DNA from: a bacterium (Candidatus Gribaldobacteria) CG10_big_fil_rev_8_21_14_0_10_37_21
Lineage (GTDB): Bacteria > Patescibacteriota > Minisyncoccia > Minisyncoccales > CG1-02-41-26
Length of the DNA stretch: 16,944 nt
NCBI GenBank assembly: GCA_002773495.1
Contig: PFAX01000006.1
Coordinates: 1 to 16,944, forward strand
Reading direction: 5' to 3'
Of the stretch, positions 14,943-16,944 are shown in pieces (the stretch's first letter is position 1; every line of letters starts with the position of its first letter). The notes below the pieces were generated by a model. That model did not search any database, was not told where the DNA came from, and was given only the letters and a program-made list of their open reading frames with translations. A program made the position numbers and the translations under genes.

Positions 14943-15668
14943 ATGCAAATTATCAAAAATAAGCCAATTTTTGAGATTTTAAGTGCTGAGCAAGAGCTCA
15001 AAGAACAACTTTTAAAGATTGAACGAGCTGGTAGAACGTGCTATCAGTCGGTTAAACAAGAAATTACTTTAGAGACAGCCCAAAAGTTTATTAAAATGCT
15101 TATTCAGCACGGGCACGAGTCAGTTATTGAACATAGCAGTTTAATTGTTAAGTTTCCTTATGTTTCCCGTGGCTTTACCCATGAAATGGTCAGGCACCGC
15201 TTATGCTCTTTTTCACAAGAGTCAACCCGTTATGTTGATTACGCTAAAGATGGCCTTGGCCCTGATTTAGAGAATTTTCAATTAAAATGTGTTGTCCCGC
15301 CTCACCTTAACGAAACAGAGATGATTGATTTGGGTGAGGGAAGAAAAATGTCGTTTGCTCAAATGTTAGAGCAAGAAGAAAAGTTTTATCGGGCCTTACG
15401 AAAAGCGGGCTGGTTGCCCCAAGACGCCCGCCAGGTTTTACCTATTGCCACTAAATCTGAAATTATTGTTTCAGCTAATTTTAGGCAATGGCGTCATATT
15501 TTTGAACTGCGGTGTGGCTTGGCCAGCCACTGGGAAATCCGCTCTGTTTTAGGGGAACTGCTTTTAAAAATGAAAGAAATTTTACCCTGTCTCTTTGAGG
15601 ACTTTGTTTTAGGCGGGGTGGACGAAAATGGCGTTAAATATTTTAATAAAGAAAAATATGACAAGTAA
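14943..15668 (+). CDS. thyX: Flavin-dependent thymidylate synthase
   Basis: HESVIEHS, THEMVRHRLCSFSQESTRYV (the ThyX RHRxxxxxxxS motif), and the C-terminal NFRQWRHIFELR. Confidence 0.9.
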   Translation: MQIIKNKPIFEILSAEQELKEQLLKIERAGRTCYQSVKQEITLETAQKFIKMLIQHGHESVIEHSSLIVKFPYVSRGFTHEMVRHRLCSFSQESTRYVDYAKDGLGPDLENFQLKCVVPPHLNETEMIDLGEGRKMSFAQMLEQEEKFYRALRKAGWLPQDARQVLPIATKSEIIVSANFRQWRHIFELRCGLASHWEIRSVLGELLLKMKEILPCLFEDFVLGGVDENGVKYFNKEKYDK

Positions 15669-16497
15669 AACTAAGAAATTTTTTGTAGTTAACCAGCAAG
15701 GCCAAAAAGAGCCCTTTTCTTTTCAAAAAGTTTTGCAATCAGCGAAAAGGGTGGGGGCAACCCATAGAATGGCTCAAGAAATAGCTCAAAAAATAGAAAA
15801 AGAGGTGGTTGAGGGAATGGAAACAAGGGTAATTTTTGAAAAAATCAAAGCATTTTTAGTCAAAGAAATGCCTTCTGCTTCTTTAAAATTTAGTTTAAAA
15901 GACGCCATGCGTAAATTAGGGCCAACCGGCTTTCCTTTTGAAAAGTTTATTGGTAAAGTTTTAGAAAAAAATGGTTATAAAGTTAAATTAAATCAAATAG
16001 TTAAAGGCAAATGTGTTGAATATGAAATTGATTGCCTAACGGAAAAAGGAGGAGAGGTTTATTTAGTTGAGTGCAAGTATCGTAACTTGGCTTCTGATGT
16101 GGTTGATACTCAGAATGTGGCAATTTTATACGCTAAGTTTTTAGACATAACCTCAAAAAATACGCCCCTAAATGGGTTCAAAGGCACAATCAATCCTTTG
16201 TTAGCCACAAACGCGAAGTTTACCACCAGAGCTATTAAATACGCCAATTGTGTTGGCGTTTCGCTTTTGGGCTGGAAATACCCTCAAACTCAGGGCTTAG
16301 AACGGCTGATAGACGAAAACAAGCTCTACCCCATAACCATTTTACCCTCTTTAAACAAAAACTTGCTCTTACTTTTAAATCAAGCCGGCATTGTTTTAGT
16401 TGACGAACTTTTAAAGGCCAATCAAAACAACCAACTTAATTTTATTCCCGCTAACCAATTGAACAGAATTATCTCTGAAGCTAAACTCCTTGAGTAA
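15658..16497 (+). CDS. ATP-cone domain fused to an Mrr-like PD-(D/E)xK restriction-endonuclease domain. Start taken at MTSKTKK, which overlaps the thyX 3' end by 11 nt; the ORF is open from 15628.
   Basis: N-terminus KFFVVNQQGQKEPFSFQKVLQSAKRVGATHRMAQEIAQKIEKEV is ATP-cone-like (NrdR / ribonucleotide-reductase type). The central region FEKFIGKVLEKNGYKVKLNQIVKGKCVEYEIDCLTEKGGEVYLVECKYRN has the Mrr-type D...E.K core. Confidence 0.75.
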   Translation: MTSKTKKFFVVNQQGQKEPFSFQKVLQSAKRVGATHRMAQEIAQKIEKEVVEGMETRVIFEKIKAFLVKEMPSASLKFSLKDAMRKLGPTGFPFEKFIGKVLEKNGYKVKLNQIVKGKCVEYEIDCLTEKGGEVYLVECKYRNLASDVVDTQNVAILYAKFLDITSKNTPLNGFKGTINPLLATNAKFTTRAIKYANCVGVSLLGWKYPQTQGLERLIDENKLYPITILPSLNKNLLLLLNQAGIVLVDELLKANQNNQLNFIPANQLNRIISEAKLLE

Positions 16498-16595
16498 AGA
16501 ATAAAGTAGCAAACCAAGAAAAAACACCCTTGTTGCCCTTCAAGAGCGTGTTTATAATAATTTAATTAGTTAAAAAATTGAGGGAGGCATGGTTT

Positions 16596-16944
16596 TTGGC
16601 GACAACCCTAACCAGCCCAAGTGATTGGCAAACATTCACCCAAACGATAAATTGCACTGAGCTTTGGGAGGGTTATAACCAAAACCCCAACATTATTGTT
16701 TATGGGTATAATCGCGATTACAACCAGTCAGGTTTTGCAACTTGGTGCGATGATAATTTCCCTGCGTCTGATTTTCAACTTGCTTGTTGGGTTAAAAAAA
16801 CCGTTCAGTCGCTTGGGTACTTAAAAATATATCACCAGGGATTAGGCACGATAAAGTTAAATCTTATTAAGGCAAGCGATGCTTTATTAAAAAGCCCGTT
16901 TCCGGGTATGGTTAAGGTGGCAAGATATAATGGCGACATTGGTT
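16596..16944 (+). CDS. 3'-truncated hypothetical ORF with a TTG start; it runs off the window edge
   Basis: Open frame LATTLTSPSDWQTFTQTINCTELWEGYNQNPNIIVYGYNRDYNQSGFATWCDDNFPASDFQLACWVKK... preceded by a strong Shine-Dalgarno GAGGGAGG (16581-16588) 7 nt upstream; no in-frame ATG. Confidence 0.35.
   Translation, partial: MATTLTSPSDWQTFTQTINCTELWEGYNQNPNIIVYGYNRDYNQSGFATWCDDNFPASDFQLACWVKKTVQSLGYLKIYHQGLGTIKLNLIKASDALLKSPFPGMVKVARYNGDIG

Overview
Summary: AT-rich (~35% GC), very compact window in which every credible gene lies on the + strand. Most genes lack a Shine-Dalgarno sequence. Several genes have a -10-like hexamer 5-7 nt upstream of the ATG, which would give leaderless mRNAs. The gene set looks like a small-genome, Patescibacteria/CPR-like bacterium: exonuclease VII only, ThyX instead of ThyA, archaeal-type PyrH. 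This assignment is inference from content alone. Gene order: fragment of an upstream gene; an interrupted small membrane ORF; xseA-xseB-SPFH with a terminator; membrane metallophosphoesterase overlapping a ZIP metal transporter; UvrD-type helicase fused to a Cas4/AddB-type Fe-S nuclease; a 320-bp noncoding gap; YwbE-family small protein; stand-alone Cas4-like PD-(D/E)xK nuclease; RRM protein with terminator; Phd/YefM-RelE/ParE toxin-antitoxin pair under a near-consensus sigma70 promoter; RadC/JAB; a 149-aa hypothetical; archaeal-type UMP kinase; PspC-domain protein; DUF192; a 109-aa hypothetical; glyA; thyX translationally overlapped with an ATP-cone + Mrr-like endonuclease fusion; a 3'-truncated ORF. 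There is no CRISPR array, tRNA, rRNA, integrase or transposase. Candidates for a novel system, in order of my interest: (1) the thyX-overlapped ATP-cone::PD-(D/E)xK nuclease, a possible nucleotide-sensing nuclease; (2) the helicase-nuclease / YwbE / solo Cas4-like trio; (3) the toxin-antitoxin / RadC / hypothetical islet; (4) a 16-nt exact intergenic repeat carrying a perfect DnaA box at two promoter regions.
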